A stretch of 64,000 nucleotides of DNA from an uncultured Candidatus Binatia bacterium. Its GTDB lineage: Bacteria; Desulfobacterota; Binatia; UBA9968; JAJDTQ01. The translations under genes were made by a program, and so were the position numbers. Location of the stretch: contig OZ243916.1 in NCBI GenBank assembly GCA_965213675.1, positions 3,680,001 through 3,744,000 of the forward strand, given 5' to 3'. The notes beneath the pieces were generated by a model that was given only the letters and a program-made list of their open reading frames with translations, was not told the DNA's origin and searched no databases. Below are positions 43,261 through 53,528 of the stretch, piece by piece (the stretch's first letter is position 1; each line of letters opens with the position of its first letter).

Positions 43261-43294
43261 AAGGACGTATCCGAGCCAAGGACGTATCCGAGCC
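43261..43294. repeat. Perfect tandem 17-bp duplication
   Basis: AAGGACGTATCCGAGCC x2. Confidence 0.85.
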
Positions 43295-43327
43295 GTTGGC
43301 GCCTCGCGGAAGACAGCGGGAGACTGG

Positions 43328-44266
43328 ATGCAAGTCACACGGTTACGGGTGCTCTACGGGGTTCTCGGCGAGGGGAGCGGAAGCGTGGCGCGCGACCCCA
43401 CCGGGTATCTGGGAATCGAGCAAGGCATCTACCGGCGGCATGGGCTGGATCTGTCCTGGAACCACGTGCAGGGCACGGACGAGCGCAATCAGGCGCTGGC
43501 GGACGGCGACGCCGATCTGTCCCTCGTCATCGGGCGGGCGTCGCTCCAGCATTTCCTGCGCGCGGAGGCCACGCGGCTCATCGGCTCGTGCATGAACAGC
43601 AGCCCCTACGTGCTGATGGCCCCGGCCGGGACACGCGAGCTTGCGCATCTCGAGGGCAAGGTGCTGGCATGCCGCCGTGTCATCGCCGAGGCGGCGCCGC
43701 TGGCGAAAACGTTCCGCGGCCTGGCCCGTCTCGAATTGGGAACGGATCTCGGCCTGGACACGGTGGATACCGATCAACAGGCGCTGGATCGGCTCACCGA
43801 GGGGTCCGTGGGCGCGGCGCTGTTGCCGCGGCCCTTCGATTTCGTCGCACGGCAACGGGGCTTCCTGCCGCTCGCCGGCTGGCCGGTGGTGGCGGACGAT
43901 CCCATGCCCATCACCGTCGAAACCATGGCGGCGCGGCTGAGCGAGAGAGGCGGCGCGATTGCGGCGTTCCTGGCCGCGCACCGGGAGGCGATCCGCTACC
44001 TGCAGGGGCATCGGAGCCAAACTCTGGCGATGCTCGACCGGGTGTTCGGCTATGCGCCCGATCTTGGCGCCGTGCTCTACGACGAGTACCTCGTGTCGTT
44101 GGACCCGCGGCTGACCGTCGACCTCCCGCAAGTGGAGAAACTCCTGCGCCTGACCGCGCCCAACGCGGGCGTCGGCGCGTCCGAGCTGGTGTCGCGCTGG
44201 CTCGCGCCGGGAGCGGCAACCCCCGAGGCCCCGGGCGCCGGCTCCCGAGCGCCCGACACGGCATGA
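43328..44266 (+). CDS. ABC-type substrate-binding protein, NMT1/SsuA/THI5-like
   Basis: GIYRRHGLDL, ALADGDADL, LEGKVLA and AAFLAAHREAIRY patterns. No clear signal peptide. Confidence 0.7.
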   Translation: MQVTRLRVLYGVLGEGSGSVARDPTGYLGIEQGIYRRHGLDLSWNHVQGTDERNQALADGDADLSLVIGRASLQHFLRAEATRLIGSCMNSSPYVLMAPAGTRELAHLEGKVLACRRVIAEAAPLAKTFRGLARLELGTDLGLDTVDTDQQALDRLTEGSVGAALLPRPFDFVARQRGFLPLAGWPVVADDPMPITVETMAARLSERGGAIAAFLAAHREAIRYLQGHRSQTLAMLDRVFGYAPDLGAVLYDEYLVSLDPRLTVDLPQVEKLLRLTAPNAGVGASELVSRWLAPGAATPEAPGAGSRAPDTA

Positions 44267-44383
44267 ATATCCGCCGGCACGCCGCATGGGCCGGACCCCG
44301 CCGGGGCTGCTGGCCGGACGCCCCTGCCGGAGACTGTCCCGGCAACCGCCACGGGTGCTGAAGCGACACCACACCAGGTTGTC

Positions 44384-45304
44384 ATGCCGGTTCCCGCCGA
44401 AGCCATAGCCCTGATGGCGGCCTTCGCGTACGCGGCGGTTTCGGTTTCCTCGCGGCTGGGGCTGCAATACTCCACGCCGCTCACCGCCACCTGCGTTGCC
44501 ATGACCGTGCGCATGACGCTGTTGTGGTGCGCGGTCGCGGTCACGGGCGGCGTGCCCGCGGTGGCCAGGCTTGCGTTTCTGCTGTTTGTGCTGCTGGGCG
44601 TGATGCAGGCCGTGACGAGCTATCTGAGCTTCACCGGCGTTGCCCGCATCGGCGCGTCGCGCAGCCAGCCGCTGCGCACCACCTATCCGCTCTGGAGCGC
44701 GGTGTGGTCGGTGGCGCTCCTGGGCGAGCGCCTGACACCGGGTCTCATGACCGGGACCGTGCTGGTGGTGGCGGGCACCGTGTTGATCTCCTGGAGTCCC
44801 CGCCGCGACGCCGAACCACGGCGGGGCGCCGGGGGCGGCCAGGCGGTTGCCGGTGCCGCGGTTCCTCGCCAACGCGGGTGGTACATCGTCTTTCCCCTGG
44901 GCGCGGCGTTCCTGGCGGGCATCGCGTTCCCGGTGCGCCGCTATGCACTGGACATCTCCAACCAGCCGCTGTTCTTCGCCGCGGTGCTGGCCACGGTGGC
45001 GGCGGTGTGCCTGGCCGTCTCCCTGTCCGCCGGTGGCATCCGCGGGCGCTTCTCCTGGAACCGGCGCGCGCTGTGGCCCTTCATTTGCGCTGGCGCCTTT
45101 GAGACGGTGGCTTCGCTGTTCTCGCTCATCGCCGTCAGCATGGGCCAGGTGGTGGCGGTGGCGCCGCTGGTGGCGACCTCGCCGCTCTGGACCCAGGTGC
45201 TGGCCCTGCTGTTTCTGCGCGGGGTGGAACGGCTCAATGTCCGGTCGGTCATCGGCACCGTCCTGGTGGTGGCCGGCACCGTCACCATCATCGCGGGCCG
45301 TTGA
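44384..45304 (+). CDS. EamA/DMT family transporter
   Basis: About 10 hydrophobic segments; IGASRSQPL..TYPLW, LLGERL, VAPL..TSPLW. Confidence 0.88.
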   Translation: MPVPAEAIALMAAFAYAAVSVSSRLGLQYSTPLTATCVAMTVRMTLLWCAVAVTGGVPAVARLAFLLFVLLGVMQAVTSYLSFTGVARIGASRSQPLRTTYPLWSAVWSVALLGERLTPGLMTGTVLVVAGTVLISWSPRRDAEPRRGAGGGQAVAGAAVPRQRGWYIVFPLGAAFLAGIAFPVRRYALDISNQPLFFAAVLATVAAVCLAVSLSAGGIRGRFSWNRRALWPFICAGAFETVASLFSLIAVSMGQVVAVAPLVATSPLWTQVLALLFLRGVERLNVRSVIGTVLVVAGTVTIIAGR

Positions 45305-45328
45305 GTCCGCCGAAGGCAGCACGTCGTC

Positions 45329-46210
45329 ATGCTCCCTGAACTCGTCGCCGTCGTTTCCGCCGCCATGTATGCGGTGAGCTTCATCGTGGCGCGGCGGGGC
45401 CTGCGCTACTCCACCCCGGCCACCGTGACGGCGTTCTCCATGCTGTTCCAGGCCGGGATCTACGGCGTGGCGGCGGCGATTCGGGGGCTGCCCGACTTCA
45501 CTTGGAATGCCGTGGCGTTGATGGTGGCGGCCGGCAGCCTGCAGCCGTTCGTGCGCCAGTTGACCTATCGCGGCATGCAGACCATCGGCGCCGCCCGGAG
45601 CGGTTCGCTGCGGGCCACCCATCCTTTCTGGGCCGGCATCATTGCGATTGCACTTTTGGGGGAAGAGCTGACGTGGGCCGTGTTCCTGGGGAACGTGACG
45701 GTGGTGGCCGGCATCGCGGCCATCTCGCGGGAAGGCGCCCGGGCGGCGGATGTGAAAACGGATGCGCGGGCCGAAACCCCCGGATGGTTTGTGCTCGTGC
45801 CCCTGGCCGCCGCGTTGATGGCGGGCATCGCCTTCCCCTTGCGGCGGGCCGCGCTGATCCTCACCCCCGAGCCGGTTTTCTTCACCGCCGTCACCGGCAC
45901 CGTGGGCCTGGCCCTGCTGGCCATCACCCAGGCCATACCGGGCCTGGCCCAACGTTACGTCTGGGACCGGCGCGCGTTCTGGCCCTTTGTCGCGGCCGGG
46001 CTCTTCGAAGGGGTCTCCGCCGGCGGCATCCTCTATGCCCTCAATGCCGGCGAGGTCATCGTCATCGCCCCCATCACCGCCACCCTCCCCATGTGGATCC
46101 TCCTGGGCACGGTGATCTTTCTCCGTGACATGGAACGGGTCACCCGCCGAACCGCGCTCGGGACGATGCTGGTGGTCATGGGGATCGTGCTGGTGTCGGT
46201 GGGGCGGTGA
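45329..46210 (+). CDS. EamA/DMT family transporter (tandem paralog)
   Basis: Same architecture; shares RxGLxYSTP and GIAFPxRRxAL with the upstream gene. Confidence 0.88.
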   Translation: MLPELVAVVSAAMYAVSFIVARRGLRYSTPATVTAFSMLFQAGIYGVAAAIRGLPDFTWNAVALMVAAGSLQPFVRQLTYRGMQTIGAARSGSLRATHPFWAGIIAIALLGEELTWAVFLGNVTVVAGIAAISREGARAADVKTDARAETPGWFVLVPLAAALMAGIAFPLRRAALILTPEPVFFTAVTGTVGLALLAITQAIPGLAQRYVWDRRAFWPFVAAGLFEGVSAGGILYALNAGEVIVIAPITATLPMWILLGTVIFLRDMERVTRRTALGTMLVVMGIVLVSVGR

Positions 46211-46268
46211 CGCGGCCCAATGCGATCAACGGGGCTTTGAAACCCATTCCCGCATGGCGGCCCATGCT

Positions 46269-48377
46269 TCACGGCCGCGCCAGCTCGAAGTCGATCTCCC
46301 CCTGAAACAGCTTCACTCGCGCCACCTTTACCGTGACCGGGTCGCCCATGCGGAAGGTGCGGCCGTGGTTCTGGCCCTTGATGAGGTGGGCGGTGTCGTA
46401 ATAGCGGTAGAAGTCGTCGTCCAGGGACTTGAGGCCCACGAGGCCCTCTACGAACCAGCGGTCCAATTCGACGAAGAAGCCGAAGTGGGTGATGTCGGTG
46501 ATGACGCCGGTGTGTTCCTGGCCGATCTTGTCGGTCATGAACTGGGCTTTCTTGAGGTCCACCATCTCGCGCTCGGCCTCCATGGCCAGGCGCTCGCGCC
46601 GGGAGCTGTGGTCGGCGGCTTCGCGCACCCAGGCGTCGAGGCCTTCGCGCGTCCCGGAGTCGAGCCTGGGGCTGGCGCTCGCGCGGTCCAGGAGTCGGTG
46701 CGCCATGAGGTCGGGGTAGCGGCGGATGGGGGAGGTGAAGTGCAGGTACGCGTCGGACGCCAGGCCGAAGTGGCCGATGTTCTCGGGGTCGTAGTACGCC
46801 TGTTTCATGGAACGCAGCAACATGCGGTTCAACACACGTTCCTCGGGCTTGCCGCGGCACGCTTCCAGGACGCGCTGGAGATCCTGCGACGAAATGCGGT
46901 CGCCGCTCCGGTGGAGCCGGTATCCCAGGGTGGACAGGAACGGGCCGATGGCGTCGAGGGTGTCCTCGTCGGGTCCCTCGTGCACGCGGTACACGCACGG
47001 GAACTTGCGCTTCCGCAAGGCGCCGGCCACGGTTTCGTTGGCGGCTATCATGAACTCCTCGATCATGCGGTGGGCGATGGTGCGGCGGGCGCGCCGGATG
47101 TCGATGGGCATGAGGTCGTCGTCCAACACGATCTCGGTCTCCGGCAGTTCGAAGTCGAGGCTGCCGCGGGCGCGCCGCCGTTCCATGAGGAGGTGGGTCA
47201 ACTCTTCCATGGAGCGGAGGGAATCGATCACTTGCGGATACCTGGCGACAACGGCGGTGTCCCGGTCCACCAGCATCCGTCCCACCTCGGTGTAGGTGAG
47301 CCGGGCCGCGCTGCGGATCACCGACGGGAAGATCTCCGCCCGTTCGACCTCGCCCTTGCGGTCGAACTCGAGGAGCGCCGTGCGCGTGAGGCGGTCCAGG
47401 CCCGGCTTGAGGCTGCAGATGCCGGTGGACAGCGCCGGCGGCAGCATGGGCAGGGCCCGGTCCGGGAAATAGACGCTGGTTCCGCGTTCATGGGCTTCCA
47501 CGTCCAGGGCGGAGTCTTGCGGCACATAGTGGGCCACGTCGGCGATGGAGACGTGGAGCCGGTAGCCGCCCCCGGCGGTGCGCTCGATGCCCACGGCGTC
47601 GTCGAAGTCCCGCGCGGTCTCGCCGTCCACGGTGAAGGTGGTGAGCGCGCGCAGGTCGCGGCGTCCATGCAGGCTCGCCGCCGCCCCGGCGTGGCGCTCG
47701 GCTTCCTGGACCGCCCCGTCCGAGAACTCCTCGGGCCAGCCGTAACGGAAGATCACCGCCTGGGCCTGGACCTCGGGATCGTCCGGCGCGCCCAGCACCC
47801 GTTCGAGCCGCGCTTCCGCGGGCGTGTAGCCGCCGCCGTACCGGGTCATCTCCACCGCCGCCACCTGCCCGGCCTGGACCGTTCCGGGCGCTTTCAGCGG
47901 GATGGCGGCCGCGACGCGCGGGTCCATGGGCGCCAGCACGGTGCGGTCGCCGTCGGTGCGCACCATGCCCACCAACCGCCGCTGGCCCCGCTCCAGCACC
48001 TCGACGACATGTCCCTGGCTGTCGCCGTGACGCTTCTTCTCCAGACGCACCCGCACCCGGTCGCCGTGCATGACCCGGCGCATCTCCCTGCGGCTGAGGT
48101 AGATGTCGTCCATGCCCTTCTGGTCGGGCACGACGAAGCCGAAGCCGTCGGGATGTCCCTGCACCACGCCGGCGACGAGGCTCGCGGCCTTGGCCAGGGT
48201 GTAGTGGTTCTTGTGGAGGCGGAGGACCTTGCGCTCGTGGATCAGTTCCTGGAGCGCTTCGAGCACCGTTTCGCGGTCTGTCTTGCCGAATCCCTTGCGT
48301 ATCTCCCGAAGGCTGAAGCGGTGTCCGGGGCGGGACCGCAGGACCGAGAGGACGCGCGGCTTGAGCGCGGTGTCCAT
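46269..48377 (-). CDS. rnr: Ribonuclease R
   Basis: GHPDGFGFV cold-shock domain, catalytic TVDGETARDFDDA, HFTSPIRRYPDL, C-terminal S1 domain. Start uncertain (48377 or 48413). Confidence 0.95.
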   Translation of the reverse strand: MDTALKPRVLSVLRSRPGHRFSLREIRKGFGKTDRETVLEALQELIHERKVLRLHKNHYTLAKAASLVAGVVQGHPDGFGFVVPDQKGMDDIYLSRREMRRVMHGDRVRVRLEKKRHGDSQGHVVEVLERGQRRLVGMVRTDGDRTVLAPMDPRVAAAIPLKAPGTVQAGQVAAVEMTRYGGGYTPAEARLERVLGAPDDPEVQAQAVIFRYGWPEEFSDGAVQEAERHAGAAASLHGRRDLRALTTFTVDGETARDFDDAVGIERTAGGGYRLHVSIADVAHYVPQDSALDVEAHERGTSVYFPDRALPMLPPALSTGICSLKPGLDRLTRTALLEFDRKGEVERAEIFPSVIRSAARLTYTEVGRMLVDRDTAVVARYPQVIDSLRSMEELTHLLMERRRARGSLDFELPETEIVLDDDLMPIDIRRARRTIAHRMIEEFMIAANETVAGALRKRKFPCVYRVHEGPDEDTLDAIGPFLSTLGYRLHRSGDRISSQDLQRVLEACRGKPEERVLNRMLLRSMKQAYYDPENIGHFGLASDAYLHFTSPIRRYPDLMAHRLLDRASASPRLDSGTREGLDAWVREAADHSSRRERLAMEAEREMVDLKKAQFMTDKIGQEHTGVITDITHFGFFVELDRWFVEGLVGLKSLDDDFYRYYDTAHLIKGQNHGRTFRMGDPVTVKVARVKLFQGEIDFELARP

Positions 48378-48420
48378 CAGCGCCGCCCCCGGGCGTACCA
48401 AGAGGGCGCGCATCTCCGGG

Positions 48421-48708
48421 TCACAGGCCGTCTCCGGCGCCAGGGTCCGCGCCCGCAAGCTCACCGAGAAGCCAGTCGTCGCCGAGACCTTCGGGCCGGG
48501 GAATCTCCTCCAGCGGGACTTCCCCGGCAAGGGCGTGGAGCACGTCCCGCGCCAGCGCCAGCGAGTCGTCCAGCACCAGCATCACGATGACGGCTTGATG
48601 CGCATCCACCGTGCGGATGATGCCCAGCAGTTCATACGACTCCACGATGAACTTGATGTAGGCGATGTCTTGCCGGCGCACCCGGAGGTAGAGTTCGTGG
48701 ACGTCCAT
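48421..48708 (-). CDS. DUF4911-like small protein
   Basis: YLRVRRQDIAYIKFIVESYE..G..RTVD pattern; upstream of rnr. Confidence 0.72.
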   Translation of the reverse strand: MDVHELYLRVRRQDIAYIKFIVESYELLGIIRTVDAHQAVIVMLVLDDSLALARDVLHALAGEVPLEEIPRPEGLGDDWLLGELAGADPGAGDGL

Positions 48709-48770
48709 GTGTGCGGGCCGCGGTGTCGCGAAGGGATGCGTGTGGCGTGGCCGGAGGGCGCCCTCCGGCG

Positions 48771-51404
48771 TCAACGAAGGCGCTCCAGGAAACTCTGCCC
48801 GAGACGCTTCCACAGCTTGCCGCCGTCGTCATCGGCCCGCGACCGCCTTTCCTCCGCGAGCTTGTTGAACATGTAGCGCACGAGCTGCGCCACGTCGGGA
48901 CGGATGGCGACGTCAGGGAAGCCGCCCGCTAGCCGGAAGGGCACACTGATTCCCTCTGCGTCGAAGAGGTAGCGTACGTTGCGGTAGCGGCCGCTCAGGT
49001 CGCGGGAGAACGCCGGCGACAGCACGAGGGTCGCCAACATATCCACCTCCCCATCCGGGTTCAGCGAGCCTTGGCCGACGATGCTGTAGTGGTCCGCGAC
49101 CAGGCGAATGTCGTCGCCGCGCACCGTGCCCTGGCGAATGGTGAAGCGGCTCGTCACGCTGTCGAAGGATGTCCGGTCGTCCTGGACCAGCGAGAGAAAC
49201 GCGGGTCCGGCGGTGTCGATGCGGTCGATCCCGTCCAGGGCGTCAAGCGCGGCGAGAACCCCGCGGACCGGATTGAAGCCGGCCAGGACACCCCGTTCGA
49301 GCGTCATGCGGCCGCGTCCGTCCAGGTTCCGGATGAAGGACGGCCAGTCCTTGCCCGCGCTGTGCAAACGGCCTTCGAAACCCACGTTTCCGTTGACCGA
49401 ATCCGCGGGCCAGGCGGGGAGGAACGCGAGGAGCCTGTTGACGTCCAGGTTCTCCCCGGTGGGGTGCAACTCGACGTCGAAGCCCTTCCCCCCGTTGCGC
49501 CTCGTGACCGCGCCGTGGCCCTGAATCGCGCCTCCCAGGGTCGCGACGGAAAACCGTTGCACGGTCAAGGCGTCCTGCGTCCAGTGCACGAAGCTCCGCA
49601 GGTCCTCGTAGGCGGCGCCGCCTGCCTGACCGCTGGTGGAGGCCAGATAGCCCCGCACCGAGACGAGGCCTCCGCGCACGTCGGCGGAGCCCTCGTGAAA
49701 GACATCGCTGAAGGAATGCGCCCGATGCGCGGCGTCGCCGGTCACGTCACCGAGATTCAGCAGGTCGGAATGGAGGCGGAAGTGCAGCGTGGGCCGGCTC
49801 AGGTTCACCAGCACCCCGTTCAGACGCATGTCCGACAGGCCCGAGCGCAGCCGAAGCTGGCGTATCTCGATGTCGTCGCCACCGAACGCCAATTCTCCCT
49901 GGAGCCCCTGCACCGTGCGGTTCTCTCCCGGCGGGCCGATGACGTGAACGTTGGTCAGGCCCAAACTGCCGTGGAGCGTCGGGGGGTCGGCGCGTGGCCC
50001 CAACCGTTGCCGTAGCGTCAGCCGGCCGCTCACGGCGCCGTCGAGCTGGTAGTCCCTGGCGGCCGGCACCATTCCCTGCCATCCCGCCAGCGACACGTCA
50101 TTGGCCTGAACATGGAGTTGAATCAAACGTTCCGGCTGCTCGATGATGGCGCCGGAGAACGGCAAGCGGGTGTTGTGGAGACGCGCCTCGGACGGGTCGA
50201 TCACGATGCGGTCCGGGCTTAGCCGCAGGTTCACGGCCAGACGGGCGGCGATTCCCGGCGCCTTGAGGAACCAGTCGCCGTACTGGATGGTATGGCCATC
50301 CGCCACCACGGTGACCCGGACCCTCAGATCGTCCAGCGGGCCCTCCAGCACGCTGGCGATGCGCAGTGGCTCGTGGACTCCCAGCCCCGCCGGCAGGAGG
50401 CGCTCCACCCAGGGCAACTGCCGGAGTGGGTCGAGGTGGACGGGTCCCAGGTGAAGCTCGCACCTGGCCCGCGCGCGACGCCACGAGGACCCTTTCGAGA
50501 AGTCCACGCTGCCGGTGAGGCGGGCGTTGTCCACGGCGGCGCCGAACAAGGCGCCGGTCACCTCCATGCTGGATACGCGCGGGCGGTCCATCCGCCCGGT
50601 CACCCGTGCGCCAATGGTCAGGGGGCCGGAGGGGCGCAGGTAGGCCGGAAAGTGTTGCCCGACCCACGTCCAGGCGCGCGCCACCAGGGGCTGCGGCAGC
50701 GACGTGGCGCGAACTTCCAGATCCACCTCGTTCCGGCTCCACGCCGAAAAGGGCGCCTCGGTGCCCACAAAGCCGGCGACGGAGAACGTGCGCGCGCTGT
50801 CCTCGGACAGCGCTCCGGTTGCCTCGACGCGGATGCGCTGGCCGCGCAGCCACTGGAGCGTTGCCGTCAGATCCCGCAGGCGCAGTTCTTCCGGCGTTTC
50901 CGAGGAGCGGTCCACCAGGTAGAGTCGGGCGTGCCGGACGTGAACCGCGGCGCCGTTCACGTCCGCTGCCTGGAGACTGGCCTTGAGCGGCCGCGCGGGT
51001 GAAAGGACGTTGATGTCGCCGTATTCGTTGCGGATGACCTGGATTTCCGGCTGGTCCAGGACCACGTCGGACACGGTGGGCGCGCCGGTCAGGAGGGACA
51101 GCCATCCCAGGGAGAGAGTCAGTTCGCGCGCACGGATCAAGGGTGTGGCCGCGAACCGCGGGTCGTCCGCGATGCGCAGATCCGTGACCGTGACGCCGAG
51201 ACTTCCCAAGCGTCCGAACAGACTCAGCCGTACGGACTCGAAGGCCACGTCGCGGCCCACCGCGTTGGCGATCTCCTGGCGGATGGCTTCCTTGCGGTTT
51301 TCCAGGAAGGCTTCCAGTCCCACCACCGCAACCCCGCTCAACACCACGGCGAGTGACAGGAAGACCAGAAATCTGGACGCCTTGCTTTTCATGCGACGCA
51401 GCAT
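48771..51404 (-). CDS. AsmA family protein
   Basis: N-terminal TM anchor, GRDVAF..VRLSL, extended beta-rich repeats, C-terminal AsmA-like segment (FDSVTSRFTIRQG...VPFRLAGG). Start 51404 or 51392. Confidence 0.82.
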   Translation of the reverse strand: MLRRMKSKASRFLVFLSLAVVLSGVAVVGLEAFLENRKEAIRQEIANAVGRDVAFESVRLSLFGRLGSLGVTVTDLRIADDPRFAATPLIRARELTLSLGWLSLLTGAPTVSDVVLDQPEIQVIRNEYGDINVLSPARPLKASLQAADVNGAAVHVRHARLYLVDRSSETPEELRLRDLTATLQWLRGQRIRVEATGALSEDSARTFSVAGFVGTEAPFSAWSRNEVDLEVRATSLPQPLVARAWTWVGQHFPAYLRPSGPLTIGARVTGRMDRPRVSSMEVTGALFGAAVDNARLTGSVDFSKGSSWRRARARCELHLGPVHLDPLRQLPWVERLLPAGLGVHEPLRIASVLEGPLDDLRVRVTVVADGHTIQYGDWFLKAPGIAARLAVNLRLSPDRIVIDPSEARLHNTRLPFSGAIIEQPERLIQLHVQANDVSLAGWQGMVPAARDYQLDGAVSGRLTLRQRLGPRADPPTLHGSLGLTNVHVIGPPGENRTVQGLQGELAFGGDDIEIRQLRLRSGLSDMRLNGVLVNLSRPTLHFRLHSDLLNLGDVTGDAAHRAHSFSDVFHEGSADVRGGLVSVRGYLASTSGQAGGAAYEDLRSFVHWTQDALTVQRFSVATLGGAIQGHGAVTRRNGGKGFDVELHPTGENLDVNRLLAFLPAWPADSVNGNVGFEGRLHSAGKDWPSFIRNLDGRGRMTLERGVLAGFNPVRGVLAALDALDGIDRIDTAGPAFLSLVQDDRTSFDSVTSRFTIRQGTVRGDDIRLVADHYSIVGQGSLNPDGEVDMLATLVLSPAFSRDLSGRYRNVRYLFDAEGISVPFRLAGGFPDVAIRPDVAQLVRYMFNKLAEERRSRADDDGGKLWKRLGQSFLERLR

Positions 51405-51537
51405 CCCGGCCTTGCCACGGGACGACACCTCCTTCGTCCCGCGAGGCCGGCCATAAATCAATCAGGGGCTGGACGTCGAACCCGATCCAGCGACCGCCAC
51501 TCTTCTCTTGTTCCCATGAGGCATTTCCGTCCCCCGG

Positions 51538-52743
51538 TCAAGAGTCCGCGCGTTCCACAATGGTGGCGATGCCCTGTCCCACGCCGATGCACATGGTGGC
51601 CATGCCGTAGCGGCTGCCGCGCCGGCGCATCTCGTGGACAAGGGTGGTCATGATGCGCGCGCCGCTGCAGCCCAGCGGGTGGCCGAGGGCGATGGCCCCG
51701 CCGTTGACGTTGACCTTGTCGGGGTCGAGCCCCAGTTCCTGGATGCACGCCAGGGACTGCGACGCGAAGGCCTCGTTCAACTCCACCAGATCCAACTGGT
51801 CCGCGGTCAGTCGCGCGCGCTCCAGCGCCTTGCGGCTGGCCGGAATCGGGCCGATGCCCATGAAGGCCGGGTCCACGCCCGCCACCGCCGATGCCACGAT
51901 GCGCGCCACCGGCCTGAGCTTGAGCGCGTCCGCGCGTTCGCGCGACGCCACGAGCAGCGCCGCCGCGCCGTCGGACAGGGGCGAGGAGTTCCCCGCGGTC
52001 ACGGTGCCATTCCGGGCAAAGGCCGGGCGCAGGGCGGCGAGCTGCTCCAGGCTGGTGTCCGGCCGCGGTCCTTCGTCCCGGCTGTGCACCACCGGATCGC
52101 CGCGCCGTCGCGGCGCCGCCACCGGAATGATCTCGTCGTCGAGCCGGCCCGCCTCCTGGGCCGCCACCGCGTTGCGATGGCTCTTGAGGCCGAAGGCGTC
52201 CTGTTGCTCCCGGCCCACCGCGTATTTCTCCGCCACGTTCTCGGCGGTCTCGCCCAGGCTGACGAGGGGGTACATCTCCCCCATGCGCGGATTCGGAAAG
52301 CGCCACCCGAGCACGCTGTCGTAGACCGTGACCTCACCGCGGGCGAAGGGCACCGCTCCCTTGGGCATCACCAGCGGCGCGCGGGTCATCATCTCGACGC
52401 CGCCGGCCACGAACAGGTCGCCTTCCCCGGCCGCCACCGCGCGCGCGGCCTGATTGATCGCTTCCAGCCCGGACCCGCACAGGCGGTTCACCGTGGCGCC
52501 GGGAACCGAATCGGGAATGCCCGCCAGAAGCGAGGCGTTCCGCCCCACGTTGCGGCAATCCTCGCCGGCCTGGTTGGTGCAGCCGAGGATCACGTCCTCG
52601 ATGGCGGCCTTGTCGATGTCGTTGCGGGCGATGAGCTTGTCGATGATGTGCGCCGCGAGATCATCCGGCCGGATGTCCTTGAGGATGCCGCCGTAGCGCC
52701 CCATGGGGGTGCGGGCGGCGTCGATGATGACGGCTTCTGGCAT
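51538..52743 (-). CDS. paaJ: 3-oxoadipyl-CoA thiolase (PaaJ/PcaF-like)
   Basis: [29 protein letters not shown] and CIGVGQG; paa operon context. Confidence 0.88.
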   Translation of the reverse strand: MPEAVIIDAARTPMGRYGGILKDIRPDDLAAHIIDKLIARNDIDKAAIEDVILGCTNQAGEDCRNVGRNASLLAGIPDSVPGATVNRLCGSGLEAINQAARAVAAGEGDLFVAGGVEMMTRAPLVMPKGAVPFARGEVTVYDSVLGWRFPNPRMGEMYPLVSLGETAENVAEKYAVGREQQDAFGLKSHRNAVAAQEAGRLDDEIIPVAAPRRRGDPVVHSRDEGPRPDTSLEQLAALRPAFARNGTVTAGNSSPLSDGAAALLVASRERADALKLRPVARIVASAVAGVDPAFMGIGPIPASRKALERARLTADQLDLVELNEAFASQSLACIQELGLDPDKVNVNGGAIALGHPLGCSGARIMTTLVHEMRRRGSRYGMATMCIGVGQGIATIVERADS

Positions 52744-52787
52744 GGTGTCCCTCTCCGCGGCGAAGGCCCGGCCTCCGCCTCGCACTG

Positions 52788-53528
52788 TCAAACGCCAGGC
52801 TCTCCGTGGCGGTAGAATCCCCGGCCCGCGCCTTCGCCCAGGCGGCCGGACAGCACCATTTTCCTCAACAGCGGCGCTGGACGGTAGCGGTCGTCGCCGG
52901 TCTCCTCCAGGAGCCCTTCGAGGACCGCCAGCACTTCGTCGAGGCCGATCTCGTCGGCCCAGCGCAGCGGACCCTGGGGATAGTTGGTGCCCAGCCGCAG
53001 GGCGATGTCGATTTCCTCGGCGGTGGCGACCCCTTCGTCCAGGCCGCGAACGGCTTCGTTGATGATAAGGCTCAGGATGCGCGGGAACACGAGGCCGGGC
53101 GCGTCCTTAACGACAGCGCTCGCCTTGCCCAGGCTTTCCACCAGGGCGGTGGCCGCTGTCATGGCCTCGCCGGCGGTGTCGAGCCCGGGCGCCAGTTCGA
53201 TGACGTTGCGGCGGGCCAGCGGATGAAACGTGGCGAAGCCGACGACCCGCTCCGGCCGGCGGCTCCAGGATGCCAGCGTCGTGGTGGACCCGCGCAGGCA
53301 GGAGGTGAGAACGAGCGCGGCGCCCGGCGCGGCCTCGTCCGCCTCCCGCAGGACGCGGCGCTTGTCTCCGAGGGGGTGGGCGAGGGTGTCGACGATGACC
53401 TCGGCGGCCGGGTCGATCTCGTCCGGGCGCGCGCACCGCGCCGCGTTCAGGCCGTTGTCCCGCGCCAACTGGTACAGGTCCTCCGCCACGCGGTTGCCGC
53501 CAAGGATCGCGACGCTATTTGGACTCAT
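52788..53528 (-). CDS. 3-hydroxyacyl-CoA dehydrogenase, C-terminal-module homolog of PaaH
   Basis: [34 protein letters not shown] and GRGFY; degenerate Rossmann motif. Confidence 0.82.
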   Translation of the reverse strand: MSPNSVAILGGNRVAEDLYQLARDNGLNAARCARPDEIDPAAEVIVDTLAHPLGDKRRVLREADEAAPGAALVLTSCLRGSTTTLASWSRRPERVVGFATFHPLARRNVIELAPGLDTAGEAMTAATALVESLGKASAVVKDAPGLVFPRILSLIINEAVRGLDEGVATAEEIDIALRLGTNYPQGPLRWADEIGLDEVLAVLEGLLEETGDDRYRPAPLLRKMVLSGRLGEGAGRGFYRHGEPGV

